From Diplonema japonicum (taxonomy: Eukaryota > Protista > Euglenozoa: Diplonemea), in contig OZ025707.1 of NCBI GenBank assembly GCA_964019335.1, forward strand, positions 124,001-188,000: a DNA stretch of 64,000 bases. The letters are read 5' to 3'. Both the position numbers and the translations under genes were made by a program. The notes beneath the pieces are model-generated. The model did not search any database. It worked only from the letters and a program-made list of their open reading frames with translations, and had not been told where the DNA came from. Shown piece after piece: positions 35,101 through 46,571 of the stretch (within the stretch, counting starts at the first letter, position 1; each line of letters starts with the position of its first letter).

Positions 35101-38100
35101 ATCACTCAGAACTTTCGGAGATCCCCTGCAGTGAAAAAGGATTCCTTCCGGAAGGTCCTCCTCGCCAAGGCACAGAACCTTCTCCACCCCCACACTCAGT
35201 CTCCGGTCTTCGACCCCTCAGTCCCGGAGTTCATCAAGACAAAGCTCCGGAAACTTCAGGAGGTCTACGTTTTCCTCCCCATAGACAAAAGCACCCACGA
35301 CATTGGCGTCTGTTGCAAGGATCACTACCTCAGGATCCTGCACCAACAGCTTGATAGCCAAGCTTTCGAGCCGGTCTCGAAGCCCTTGGACTCGATCTTC
35401 TCCGAAATAGCTGATCAAGCCAAGACCTTCAACCTCGATTCCACACGTCGCATGCCATACCTGTACGGTACCCTGAAGCTACACAAAGACAAAGTGGGCG
35501 TCAGGTGGATCTCTGGTGTCTCCTCCACTGATGCACCCCCTGTGGACCAACCAGCAGCGGTCAGCACGCAGGAAATTATGGAGAACTTGGTCGCAGCAGG
35601 CGGCGATACAACGGGCAATAAAGCTAAGAAACCCACAGCTGCCACCACGGCCCTCCATCTAGAACTGTCTTCCCTCCTGAAGGCTGTCCAACGCGCGCTG
35701 CTGGACAAGGATCTGGAGGGCAGGTCCAAGACCCACGGTCCCGACGGTATCCGACTAAAGCGGTACTGGATCGTCGACTCGGCCGAGAACGTAGCTGCGG
35801 ATATCAAGCAGCAGTACACGGCTTACAAAAGCCTGTCCCCTGCCACGTACGACTTCCGGGACATGTACACCAACCTCGACCAAGGGCGTCTGAAAGAGGG
35901 GGTTCGTAAAGCAGTCCAAGAAGCGTTCGACTTCACCGGCAAGAACCTCACCCGTGGCAAGGACGGGAGCTCCTTCACAGATGCCGACGAGGACGATGTC
36001 TACACCCCGGAACGGATCCATAAGCTCCTGGACCTCGTCGTTGACAACACCTATGTTGTGCAGGGTGGCCGCGCCGTTCGTCAAGTAAAGGGTATCCCCA
36101 TGGGTGGGAACGCCTCCCCCGACCTGGCGAACCTGTTCTGCTACGCCGTGGAGGCCGCATACATCGACAAGCTCCTCGCCGAAGAGGACTGGGAGACCTT
36201 GAAACGCTACTGCAACGCGTGTCGCTACATCGACGACTTCCTGTTGTGGAGCACTGCGCCACCCCCGGAGGAGCTTTATGGCATGGCTTATGTAAAGACC
36301 TCTTCAGACCCATGCGACGTCCCCTTTATCGGGATTCGCATCCGGATAGAGCGCCACGAACAAGCTAAGCACAACTATATTAGACTTAGCATTAACGATA
36401 AGGCGCAGAACTGGCGCTTCCGGCCTACGCGGTTCACCCACGGGCACACCGCGGCGCCCACCACCCAGGGACCAGGCATCTTCAAGGGCATGGTCATCCG
36501 TGCCTGCGCCCTGACCAACAACATCGCGGACCTCAAACGGGAGATCGCTTCAGTGATCTACCTGCTCCTAGATCGCGGTCACGACAAGGGCGGCCTGCGG
36601 AAAGCGTACAACGCCTTCCTTATCGAACGCGTGGATCGACGCTTCGCCATGGAGAAAAGCAACCTGCTGGCCTTCTTCACGCAAGTCCTCCACCGATACG
36701 ACGCCAAAGCCCCGGTAGATTCTTGGTTGCCGGAAAAAACGTACATAGGCCCCAAGAAACCCCGTGCGCTTCCCACGGACGACTCCTCGGACGACTCCTC
36801 AGCTGACTCCTCAGTCGTCTCCTCAGTCGCCTTCTCGGGGGGCCCCTCAGACGAGCCCTCGGACAGTTCCTCGGACAGCTCTTCAGGTCTTGTCGAACCG
36901 TCACAACCCCGAGCAGCCTCCGTGGTCTCACCATCTGGTGTCACGGACCAGGTTTTTTCGCCCCCCATCAACCTGCACACCAACAGCGGGGAAGGTCGCC
37001 TGGGCCTGGAATGCGGCTGGGCCGTCATAAACTGGTTGGCGGACTATGCTGGTGTGGACCGCATCCCCTTCTCTACAATGCAGGAGATCCAGGAGATGTA
37101 CCACGGCTTCTCACGACTCATCTCCCCTTCCAGCACTGATGAAGCGCCCGATCCTCTTGGCAACTTTTCCCGCTCGACCTTGTCACGTGCTTGCCTCATG
37201 GTCGTTGGTGCAAACTTGGAGGTCTTCCGTGCGGGCATGAAAGAAAGCCCCTGCTTGATCGTTGGTCCCTTGAAACGAAGTCTCAGCGGCCACTGGTTCA
37301 TCGCTCTCAGGAAGAAGGGAAGGTACATGGTCAAAGACACCGACGTACGGCTAAGGCTCCAGAGCTTCAAACACATCTGCGCGACATACTCCGAACACAA
37401 CATCCTCTGCATCCCAGACGATGTGTGGGCCAGGACAACCCCAGGCAGGAAACACAACACACGTGTTCTAGACCCTGAGGCTGAGTTTCGCCAGTTTGAG
37501 CCGGTCATCACCCCGGCGGCACCCCAGGTAAGCGACTCGAGCGCGCGAAAGACTGAGACCGCTCTCAACACCCCGGAAGATCGCACCCTCCTAACTTATG
37601 TCACCCTAGCTGCAGCTATAGCTACATATGCCGCACGCACCCGACGGCTCGACACAGGAGTCGCCGCATCAGGTGTGGATGCGCACACCGCTCACTTCGG
37701 GCGGCCCGTCGCCACCGCCATCGTAGCCCTAGCTGCCGCCGTGGCCGCGCGAGCCGTGCACACCGGATGCTCTGTCACCACCACGTCTACGGCAAGCCAG
37801 ACTAACGTGGTCGGAACTGTCCCGCTCTTCCTGAAGGTCTCGAGTCTGCACAAGTCTACACCACAGACAGCAGTCGCAACCTGTCAGACGGACCGTGTCA
37901 CAGCACCTGTACTGTTCTCGATATCATCGACGCTCCAGACGGATCCTCCCAGCAGTAGACTGCCCCCGATGGACGCCGGACTGGGGTCGCCCTCGGCCGC
38001 GGCGGTCAGACTTACGAAGTCTGTCGAAATTCCGACGCCCCGCGCGACCCTGTCGAGGCGGCCGGTTATTGAGCCTCGGTTGACACCATGCCTTCCACCG

Positions 38101-40092
38101 CCAACGGACGTGTCATCCACCCAGCTCGCGGCCTGCACTCAGTCCACCCGTCGGGACACCGGACACGGGAGTGACACACCGATGCCGTCGTCTACCATGG
38201 GACACGCGACACTCCAACCAGTGGTCGGCTCCCAGATTGTGACAACGTCGGCTGTGGAGTCATCGCTCGCCCGAGCCGTGACAACGCCCGTTCTGGCAGA
38301 CGCCCCCCTCGGCGCCCGCCAGGTACAGCTCACTCCTTGCATCCAGTCCGTCCATGAGAACATCGGACTCGGGATGGATACGCCGATGGCTCCCGCCATG
38401 GGACACGCGACGCTTCAACCGGTGGTCAACGCCCAGAGAGACACGACGCTGACCCTGGAGCCGCCCGTGGCCCGAGCCGAGGCAGATGCTCCCCTAGACC
38501 CTCACCAGGCGGATGGTGGTTTAGAAATGATCGACCTCACGCAGGACTCCCCGGACAGACCCTCGCGCAAGAAGAAGCACGACGGCACTGCTTACGAGCA
38601 CGAAAGCCGTCGTGGTAAGAGTTCCTCCACAGGCGATGGGGATCTTCTCATCCTGCGCGAGCAGTCACAGGGTTTTGATCAGGAAGCCCTCAACCGAAGG
38701 GCCCTCCAGAGACGGATGGATCGATACCTCAGTCTCTTGGTCTACTTCCGGCGACACCCGGAGCTCTTGGACGAACACCAGCGTCAGCTCCTGTCGGTCG
38801 GTCCCCTCCCGATGCACCTGGACACCTCTCCACATCAACTGCTGCTCGAGGCCCGTGACACGGATAGAACTGCCGACCAACAGGCAACCGTCGCCAACCA
38901 GGAACAGCTTCTTCTGATTGCGCACAAGGCGTTGCCTACCACCGAACGTCTTCGGTTGTCTCACGAATGGCACTCGGGGCTGAACACCGCGGTACAGCAA
39001 CAGTGGTGGTCGGAGTTCTTCGCCCAAGGCGGCTGGAAACACCCACTCTTCGGTTCCGAGGCCCCAAGAGGTGACGAGACTAGGACTCCAGGGAGGACCC
39101 CTCTCCTGCTCACCTACAACGGGCAGAGGAACAAACGCCCGGAACCCGAAGACGGCCCCGCCCTTCCCGCGGCCAAACGGGATCTCGCCGCGACGAGGCC
39201 GAACACCAGAGTCACTGGACTTGTCGCCCTTAAGAGGCTCACCAGGGAAGCAGACGTCGACGGCCCTGAGGACCTGGACGAGCTTCGACACCTGGGCTTC
39301 CTTTCCCAGGGCGAGGCCGTCTTTGACCTCAGCTGCGTGTCCAGGGCTTGCACACACTTCCTGGGTGAGACCCCCATGGTCACGGTCCCCCTCGACACAC
39401 GCGTCGCGATCCCGTGTCTGCTGGTCTGTTATGACTCGACGTGGCTCTACGCTTCCCGCCAGGAACAGGGCTTTCGGTTGCAGACCCAAGGGTTCAAGGA
39501 CAAGTCGTATCCGACTGTGGCAGCCCTACTCGCTGACTTCGTGGGGGCAGGGACCCTCTACTACAGCGAGTCACAGTGGTCGACTGTGCTGAACTCCTAC
39601 AACTAGGAACTACTGGAGACGACCCTACGCAATGTAGGAGTGCCGGCCCGGCGTGCTACGAGGGCGATAGGTTATGCAGGGTCTCACAGACCTCGCACCC
39701 TATGATTTTAGTTTCCACCTTTTCCTTTTCCACTTCTTGACTTTTAACTTCCCTTCTGCTTTCCCAACATGGTTTCCGTCCCGGGTATGACGTTAAACTG
39801 CGTCCGCCGACACATTTGGGTCAACATTCTCTGATGACCAAGCCGTCTTTTTCCGTTTCTTCTCCCCTTCTCTTTGTTATGTTATTTTCATTATTCTTTC
39901 TGGCGATAGACTGATACGGGCCATGGAAGCAACCTCTGCTTAATTCCTGGTACGTGGGAGGCTCCTCTTGAGGATGTCAGTCACCTTTTCCCTTTTTTAC
40001 TCGACTCTCTGTTTTCGTATGCAGTATTTATTCTTTCCCACCCCTTTTTATCTATTTCTTCGCTTCTTCATCCTAACTTAAAACCATTTCAG
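32199..40092 (+). mobile_element. Penelope-like retroelement with N-terminal GIY-YIG endonuclease (Naiad/Chlamys-type domain order)
   Basis: 24-bp direct repeat CATCCTAACTTAAAACCATTTCAG at 32199-32222 and 40069-40092, no TSD. Order: GIY-YIG, CxC..H..GH linker, PLE-type RT. Confidence 0.9.
33157..39606 (+). CDS. PLE polyprotein: GIY-YIG EN - RT - Josephin-like protease - low-complexity linker - inactive Josephin-like repeat (two frameshifts in this copy)
   Basis: GIIY...YAGQT...RRRMQGH...E..YI...LN. RT motifs FLPIDK, YGTLKLHK, YDFRDMYTNL, GIPMGGNASP, RYIDD. Frames are continuous across single-base shifts near 33335 and 34777 (DKE|VIAACP). Confidence 0.85.
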
Positions 40093-40298
40093 CCACCTCC
40101 GACACCGCCTACGCCACCCTCTCCGGTACCTCCATGGCCTCCCCTCACGTTGCTGGTGCCATGGCTCTCTACGCCCAGACAAACAGCCCCGCTGAGGTCA
40201 AGAAGCTCCTCAACGACAACGCCGAGACTGGTATCCTTCAGATCGGGACTGGGTCCCCGAACAAGATGCTTCACGTTCCTTGCATTAGCACCCGTTAA
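40093..40298 (+). pseudogene. 3' fragment of S8 subtilase
   Basis: Begins in the STSDTAY coding region immediately after the PLE right repeat. Confidence 0.9.
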
Positions 40299-41014
40299 AC
40301 TCGGGATTCGCTGATCTTTGCATACTCTCTTCCCCTCCCCCTGAATGTGTAAACTAAAAAGAAAACGTGTGGCGTTCCCTTACTTGTGTTTATTTATTTA
40401 TGAGAAAACTGCTAACTTGACCCCTAAGTTTGAGAAATGTCAAAAAGCCACCCCCTTAGTTTGAGAAATGTTCAAGGTCTATCTTTAAAGAGGAAAAAGT
40501 TTCTGATCCAGTCCCCAAGGTTTCCCTCTCCCCTCCCCTCCCCCTGAATGATTAAACCAAATTCGTTTTTGATCTTTTCAATCCCCCCCTCCCCTCCCCC
40601 TGAATGTGTAAACTAAAAAGAAAACGTGTGGCGTTACCTTACTTGTGTTTTTTTTTTAGACACCTTTTTTTATTGCTGAAGGAAAGAGAAATTTAAAAAA
40701 AAAAAAAAAAAAAACGAACTTGAAGACCAAACAAAAACGTCTCCGGTTTTGTTGAATCTTTGGACGCAACAACAGAAGAGGGCATCCAAGTGTGTTTGTT
40801 CTTGTTGTGGATGTGTTTGTGTATTTGTCAGTACGAATTTAACCAGACTTCCCAATCCTTCGTTCGAACATCTCTTTCCTATTCCTTCTTCTCTTTTCCC
40901 TCTTTCTTTCTCTGCAGTTTTACACGTCTCGTATCTTATTTTTTCGAGTTCACATCCAATTAATCCCCAACACAGTCCCCTCTACCTGCACAACAACAAC
41001 AACAACAACAAAGT

Positions 41015-42184
41015 ATGGATCCGTCAGCTGCTGCGAACAACACCACCCTCACAAAAGAGGAGGGGAGGGTTGCCTTGGTGAGCGCTGTTTCAAAAGGGGA
41101 CCTTGAGGAGATGAGGGAACTTGTTCTGGAGCGGGGTGTTGACCCTGGTGCAACGGGCAGCGATGGTTTCACAGCCCTGCACTATGCAGCTCGCGAAAAC
41201 AACTGTGTCGAGGCTGTGGCTGCTCTCGTCTCTTCTTACCACCAGGACCCTGGTGTGAAAAGCAACGATGGTTGGACACCGGTTCATCTAGCAGCACAGG
41301 AAGGCCAGCTGGAAACAGTTAAATATCTAGTTGAAACTCTTGGTCAAGACGCAGGTGTCAAATGCAACTTAGGTTTTACACCGCTTCATGATGCAGCATC
41401 AAACGGCCACCTGGAGACAGTTAAATATCTTGAAAAGTCTCGTTCCCGAAAAAAAAAGACTAAAATTAAAACTCGCGGTGGCAACAAAGGTGTGAGAAGC
41501 AACGACGGTTGGACACCGGTTCATCTAGCAGCAGAGTACGGCCACCTGGAGACTGTTAAATATCTTGTTGAAACTCTTGGTCAAGACGCTGGTGCGAAAA
41601 GCAAACACGATAGGACACCGATACATGAAGCAGCATTAGGAGGCCAGCTGGAGACAGTTAAATATCTTGTTGAAGCTTGCGGTCAAGACGCAGGTGTCAA
41701 AAGCAAAGACGGTAGGACACCGGTTCATCACGCTGCATTAAGGGGCCATGTGATGACGGTTAAATATATTGTTGAAACTCTCGGTCAAGACGCAGGTGTC
41801 AAAACCAACTACGGTAGGACACCGCTTCATGATGCAGCATCAAGGGGCCACCTGGAGACTGTAAAATATCTTGTTGAAAGCAGGAGAGGTGCGGCATCAC
41901 GCACTCTTTCCGTTTCATGCAAAAAAAGAAAACTTGTTGAAACTCGCGGTCAAGACGCAGGTGTCAAGTGCGACATAGGTTGGACACCGCTTCATTACGC
42001 AGCATTCAAGGGCCATCTTGAGACGGTTAAATATCTTGTTGAAACTTGCGGTCAAGACGCAGGTGTCAAAAACAACGACGGTAGCACACCGGTTCATCTA
42101 GCGGCACAGGAAAGCCATCTCGAAACAATAAAATATCTTGTTGAAGAAAGAATAAAAGAAAAAGACTGGCGACAAGAAGGATAG
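41015..42184 (+). CDS. Ankyrin-repeat protein, short copy (389 aa)
   Basis: Same N- and C-termini as the other copies, fewer repeats. Confidence 0.9.
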   Translation: MDPSAAANNTTLTKEEGRVALVSAVSKGDLEEMRELVLERGVDPGATGSDGFTALHYAARENNCVEAVAALVSSYHQDPGVKSNDGWTPVHLAAQEGQLETVKYLVETLGQDAGVKCNLGFTPLHDAASNGHLETVKYLEKSRSRKKKTKIKTRGGNKGVRSNDGWTPVHLAAEYGHLETVKYLVETLGQDAGAKSKHDRTPIHEAALGGQLETVKYLVEACGQDAGVKSKDGRTPVHHAALRGHVMTVKYIVETLGQDAGVKTNYGRTPLHDAASRGHLETVKYLVESRRGAASRTLSVSCKKRKLVETRGQDAGVKCDIGWTPLHYAAFKGHLETVKYLVETCGQDAGVKNNDGSTPVHLAAQESHLETIKYLVEERIKEKDWRQEG

Positions 42185-42262
42185 AAAATAAAGTGTTCAC
42201 CAGTGTGATGTTCGAGAGGCACAATTTTCGTACTCTCCTATTTTTTTTTTTTTAAATTTTTA

Positions 42263-44914
42263 CGGTACGGTGAGCACATCAAGAGCAACCCGATGGCACA
42301 CGCCCCCATCGACGCCAAGCTGCTGAAAGAGGTGATCGGTAAGAAAGCGGACAAGGGGGCATGCGGCGTGGACGGCTGGCGGATTGGTGAGTTGAAGCGC
42401 CTGCCGGCTCCGATCCTACAAGCGTTTGCGGACCTCTTCAACTTGATAGAGGAGACGGGCGAATGGCCGATGCAGGTCACGACGGCACTCGTATCCCTCA
42501 TCCCAAAGGGGGAAGGAACGGCACCTCTGGATCACCGACCGATCACAGTGACCAGTACCATTTACCGGCTGTGGGCAAGTGCACGACTGGTGCAGGTACT
42601 GAAATGGCAGGAGAGGTGGATCACACCACGACAACATGGTTTCAGGCCTAAACACAGCACGACCTCGGCGCTGATTGACTTATGCACGAAGCTAGAACTG
42701 GCACTGGTGGAGGACGAGCCGCTAGAAGGACTTGCATTGGACTTCAGGAAGTGCTTCGACCTGGTCCCGCAACAATTGTCGCACGAACTGATGCTGGCCC
42801 TGGGACTAGACCCAGCAATCGCACGAGCACTCCAAGGAATGTACGGGCAAATCTCGAGGAGATTCAAGTTCCCCATAGGAATAGGGGCCACCTTTAAAGC
42901 AACGAATGGGATACTCCAGGGGTGCCCGCTGTCGGTGATCATTATAAACGCCTTACTGGCGGTGATGATCAGGACAATCGAGAAGGAAGCACCTGGAACG
43001 GAGGTTTGTCCTATGCAGATGACACGTACCTTCTGGCAGAGTTGGAGAAGACCTTGCAGGCTGCGGTAAACGGAACTTTGGAGTTCTGCGGACTCACTGG
43101 GATGAAGCTTAACCCGGAGAAAACGGTAGCGTTTGGCACGAAGAAGGGCTTCCGGTCAAAAGTGCTGGGTGATAGGACAGTAACACAGAAAGGGAGAGAG
43201 GTCGCAGTCCCCTATAGAACAGTGACGTCGTTCAAGGCACTGGGCGTGATGGTGTTCACGAACAGGACAGGAACGACGTGGAACGAGCCAGCGACGGAAG
43301 CGGCCAACAAGCTAGACCGGCTGGGAGGGACAAGCCTGTCCTTCGAAACAAAAGGATACCTGATTGGAACATCGGTCTTGCCGTCGTGCCTCTACAGCAG
43401 CCCGTTCTCCCCTCCGAGTGATGAGGCGCTGAAGAAGCTAACAACGAGAGTGACCTGCAACCTATGGGGGCCTCACTTCCGAGGACGATCGCCTGCAGCG
43501 GTGAATACGGTTTTGCTGAAAGGACACATCAATGACCCGTTGTCCTACGTCATCTGTCACTCGCTAAAAGTGATATCGAGCGCGCTGGAAAGGACAGGTC
43601 TTGGACAGAGAGTGCGACAAATAGTGCAGAGGTACGGCTCACAGAGGACCCCCCTGGGACCGGTGGGGAATCTGATATGCAGGTGGATGCCGAGAATCGG
43701 ATGGGACTGGGAGAAGATGGAAATAGCCACAGAACTTGAGTGGCCCAAGCGAGGAAGCGCCTTCAGGGCGGCTGTAAGGGCAGCCAGGAGTGCGACACTA
43801 GCAACGGAACGGAAGACGGTCAGCGGACTCGGGGAAGGAGCAGATCCCAAAACGAATGACCTCTGGAGGACAGCTAAAGATCGCCATCTAGCTTTCTGTA
43901 TCAAGAGGGTAATTGCGGGAGGGATCCCCTACCTAAGTCCGTATGCCAGAGCAGGACCAAAGTGTGTACCCCCCACGAAGGAGGACGACGAGTCCGAGGG
44001 ACGGAGCGAAGAAGAGGAAGATCAAGACGAGCCAGCGGCGCATGAAGGACAAGACGAGTCGGGATTTGAATGTGACCTCTGCCCGACCAAGCATGCGGAC
44101 ACAGTAACACTGCTACGCCACCAGCTGTACGAGTGCCCGCCAGCACGAGAGGAGCTGATACGGGAGGAGATGGAACCACTGCGCGACAGGACGGGATGGC
44201 CGCTCTGCCTCGAGCTGCATGCCATCCTACCAAGGGGGAACGGGTTCGAACACCTGGAGAAGCTGCAGCGATACCTGGCAATGGTGGTGGAAAAGCGGGA
44301 CGAAGGGCTGATGCAGGCAGAAGGCGGCAACAAGAAGCTACCATGGGAGCGGGAAGTGACAGGCAAAGTGACCCCGGTACCGACGACAGCACAGCTGGGG
44401 ACAGTGGTGGGACTGCTGGAGCAATTCGGGGAACCACTACTGGAATGGATGGGAAAGCTGCGATGGGTGGAGGGCGACACCGACTCGGAGGTTTCGGCAG
44501 CTGAACTTGCACTCGACTTTGAGGAGACAACCGGAAAGTCACTGGGAGTCTACAACATGCAGAGGAAGGCACGCAGAATCAAGCTGTTGGTGGAGAGAGC
44601 CAACGCAGTGTGCAGAACGAGACGGATAAGACGCCCCTTCCCTGCGGACGGGGCAAAGAGGGTCAAGTCGCTCACAGCGATCGGAGGCAAGGCTGCAATA
44701 GGCTTTAACAGGAGACCGATCTTCGCATCAAGACAGACAGCGCAAAAGCTACAGGAGTTGAAAGGGACATACAAGAAAGAACGCGTGTCGAGACTACGAA
44801 AAGCTTTAAAGGCGACAATAGGAACGAAGGCTATGCTCCAGAAGGGGAGCATTAATAGATAGGAACTCACACCACAAGAGGCTGTCCTCGAGTGGGATTG
44901 TCTTTTACCATGAG
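42263..44914 (+). mobile_element. 5'-truncated non-LTR retrotransposon (LINE): RT + C-terminal CCHC finger, no poly(A) tail
   Basis: GVDGW, LIPKG..RPI, QHGFR, LDFRKCFD, GILQGCPLS, YADD (43012, after a 1-nt frameshift), CDLC..H...C. TSD TAAATTTTT(T)A at 42253-42262 and 44915-44925. Confidence 0.9.
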
Positions 44915-46281
44915 TAAATTTTTTATTTATTTATTTATTTATTATTTTTTTTTTTTTTTTGCATGAAGAAAAACAATCTATTGATACTGAATTGTTATTG
45001 CTAAAAAGAGTAGTGGTGGCATTGTAGGGCTTATCCTTCTACAGGTTAACCCCGGCTGTGCACAAACAGCAATCAACCGACTCTTTTTTTTTGGAAGAAG
45101 TAAAAGAGAAGAAAAAAAACTATAACTATCTTGTTTCAAATCGTACCTGTTTCTTTCTTGTAAATATGTCTCTCTCTTTTTTTTTTTTTTTTTTTTTTTT
45201 TCTTCTCTTTATTTATACTCGGTTGTTTTGTACACCAGGTACCCTTAACGTCATGAAAGACCCGAAGAGGGCGGGGTTCCTCAAGGACAGTGAAGAGACC
45301 ACCTTTTTATTAGCAAGCCATTCAAGGCAGCAGGAAGAAAACAAATGAAGTGTAATCAAATAGAAGAACAGAAATTTTGATAAATTTCGGTGTGCGGGTG
45401 GGTGCTCACCGTTGTAGAAAAGAAAAAAAAAATGAAAAAAGAAAGAAGTAGTAAACCCCCACAGGTGCATCTTCAGGAGTTTCAGTCTTGAAGAAGAGAA
45501 AAGAAAAGAAAAAAAGAAGAAAAGAAAAGGGGGAAAAAAAAAAAAGAAGAGAAGTGATTTCCTTTTGATCTTTCTTTTGTTGTTGTGTTTGATGTTTTTT
45601 TTTTTTTTTTTTTTTCTGATTAGAGTGGGTCTTTTTGTTTTTTCCCTCGCTCTCATCTTCTCTTGGAAAGAGAAAAATAAATAGAAAAGGGAGGGCCTCC
45701 GATGTTCAAAACCTAAATAGATTTTTTTTTTTTTTTTTAAACCAGGGGCAGAAGTTCGCCAAGAGTGTACAGTCCTGTTTCTCGCGGAAACAGAGAACCT
45801 ACCCCCCACCCCCACAGCAGCCGACCAATCAGACACAGCAGTGTGAAAAAAAAAAAAAAAAAAAAATGCCCTTATTTAGAACAAAGGGAGAAAGGGAAAA
45901 AAAAAAAGCAATTGTTTATCTTTCTTCTACTGCCTCCTTCTTTTGGGTACCAAAAAAGCTTTTCAGAAGGTCCAATACCGGCCAGGGGTGAGAGTGAGAG
46001 GACAACATGGAAGTCCGGTTCCCCGTGGTTTCATCCCCCATCCTCATTCTCGCTTTCCTCCCACCTCTTCATAGTTTACTGTTTCACGAGCGCTCCTTTT
46101 GTTGTTGTTGGACTTTAGGGTGAGCTGCTTATATTCCTTTCCTCCCGAGTTTCAGCCTTGTGAGCTGACCATCAATATTCAATAGATTTTTTTTTTTAAA
46201 CCGGGGGCGGAGGCTCACATTCAGTTTACTTTTTTCATTTTTATTTTTATTAGGTTTGTCCTCCACTTTGAGTTTTTATTT

Positions 46282-46327
46282 TTTCTGTACTTTATTGGTG
46301 TCCGACTATTTTTTCTGTACTTTATTG
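46282..46327 (+). other. Two copies of spliced-leader 3' sequence TTTCTGTACTTTATTG
   Basis: Positions 46282-46297 and 46312-46327 match the conserved 3' end of kinetoplastid/diplonemid SL exons, within a 30-nt tandem duplication. Confidence 0.8.
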
Positions 46328-46571
46328 GTGTCCGACCGTGCCAATAAAGTCAATAGGTAATACGGTTTGAAAAGAAGAAAAATAGAAGAAGAGTAAAAGA
46401 CGAGAAGACAGAGGGAAGAATCAATAGAAAGCGAAGAACTAGGAAGACAAATCAAAAGAAGGAAGCGAAGGACGAAAAAGACTGGAGGATAAAATCAAAG
46501 CGAAGCGAAAGGACGAGAAGACAATAACAACAGAGAAGGTAAAAACGACAGAAGGGATAGGTCGAAGCAGG

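Noticed and set aside
46282-46400. A genuine SL RNA gene
   Set aside because: Only the last 13-16 nt of the exon are present, the 5' part is missing, and it is fused to a LINE UTR at an insertion junction.
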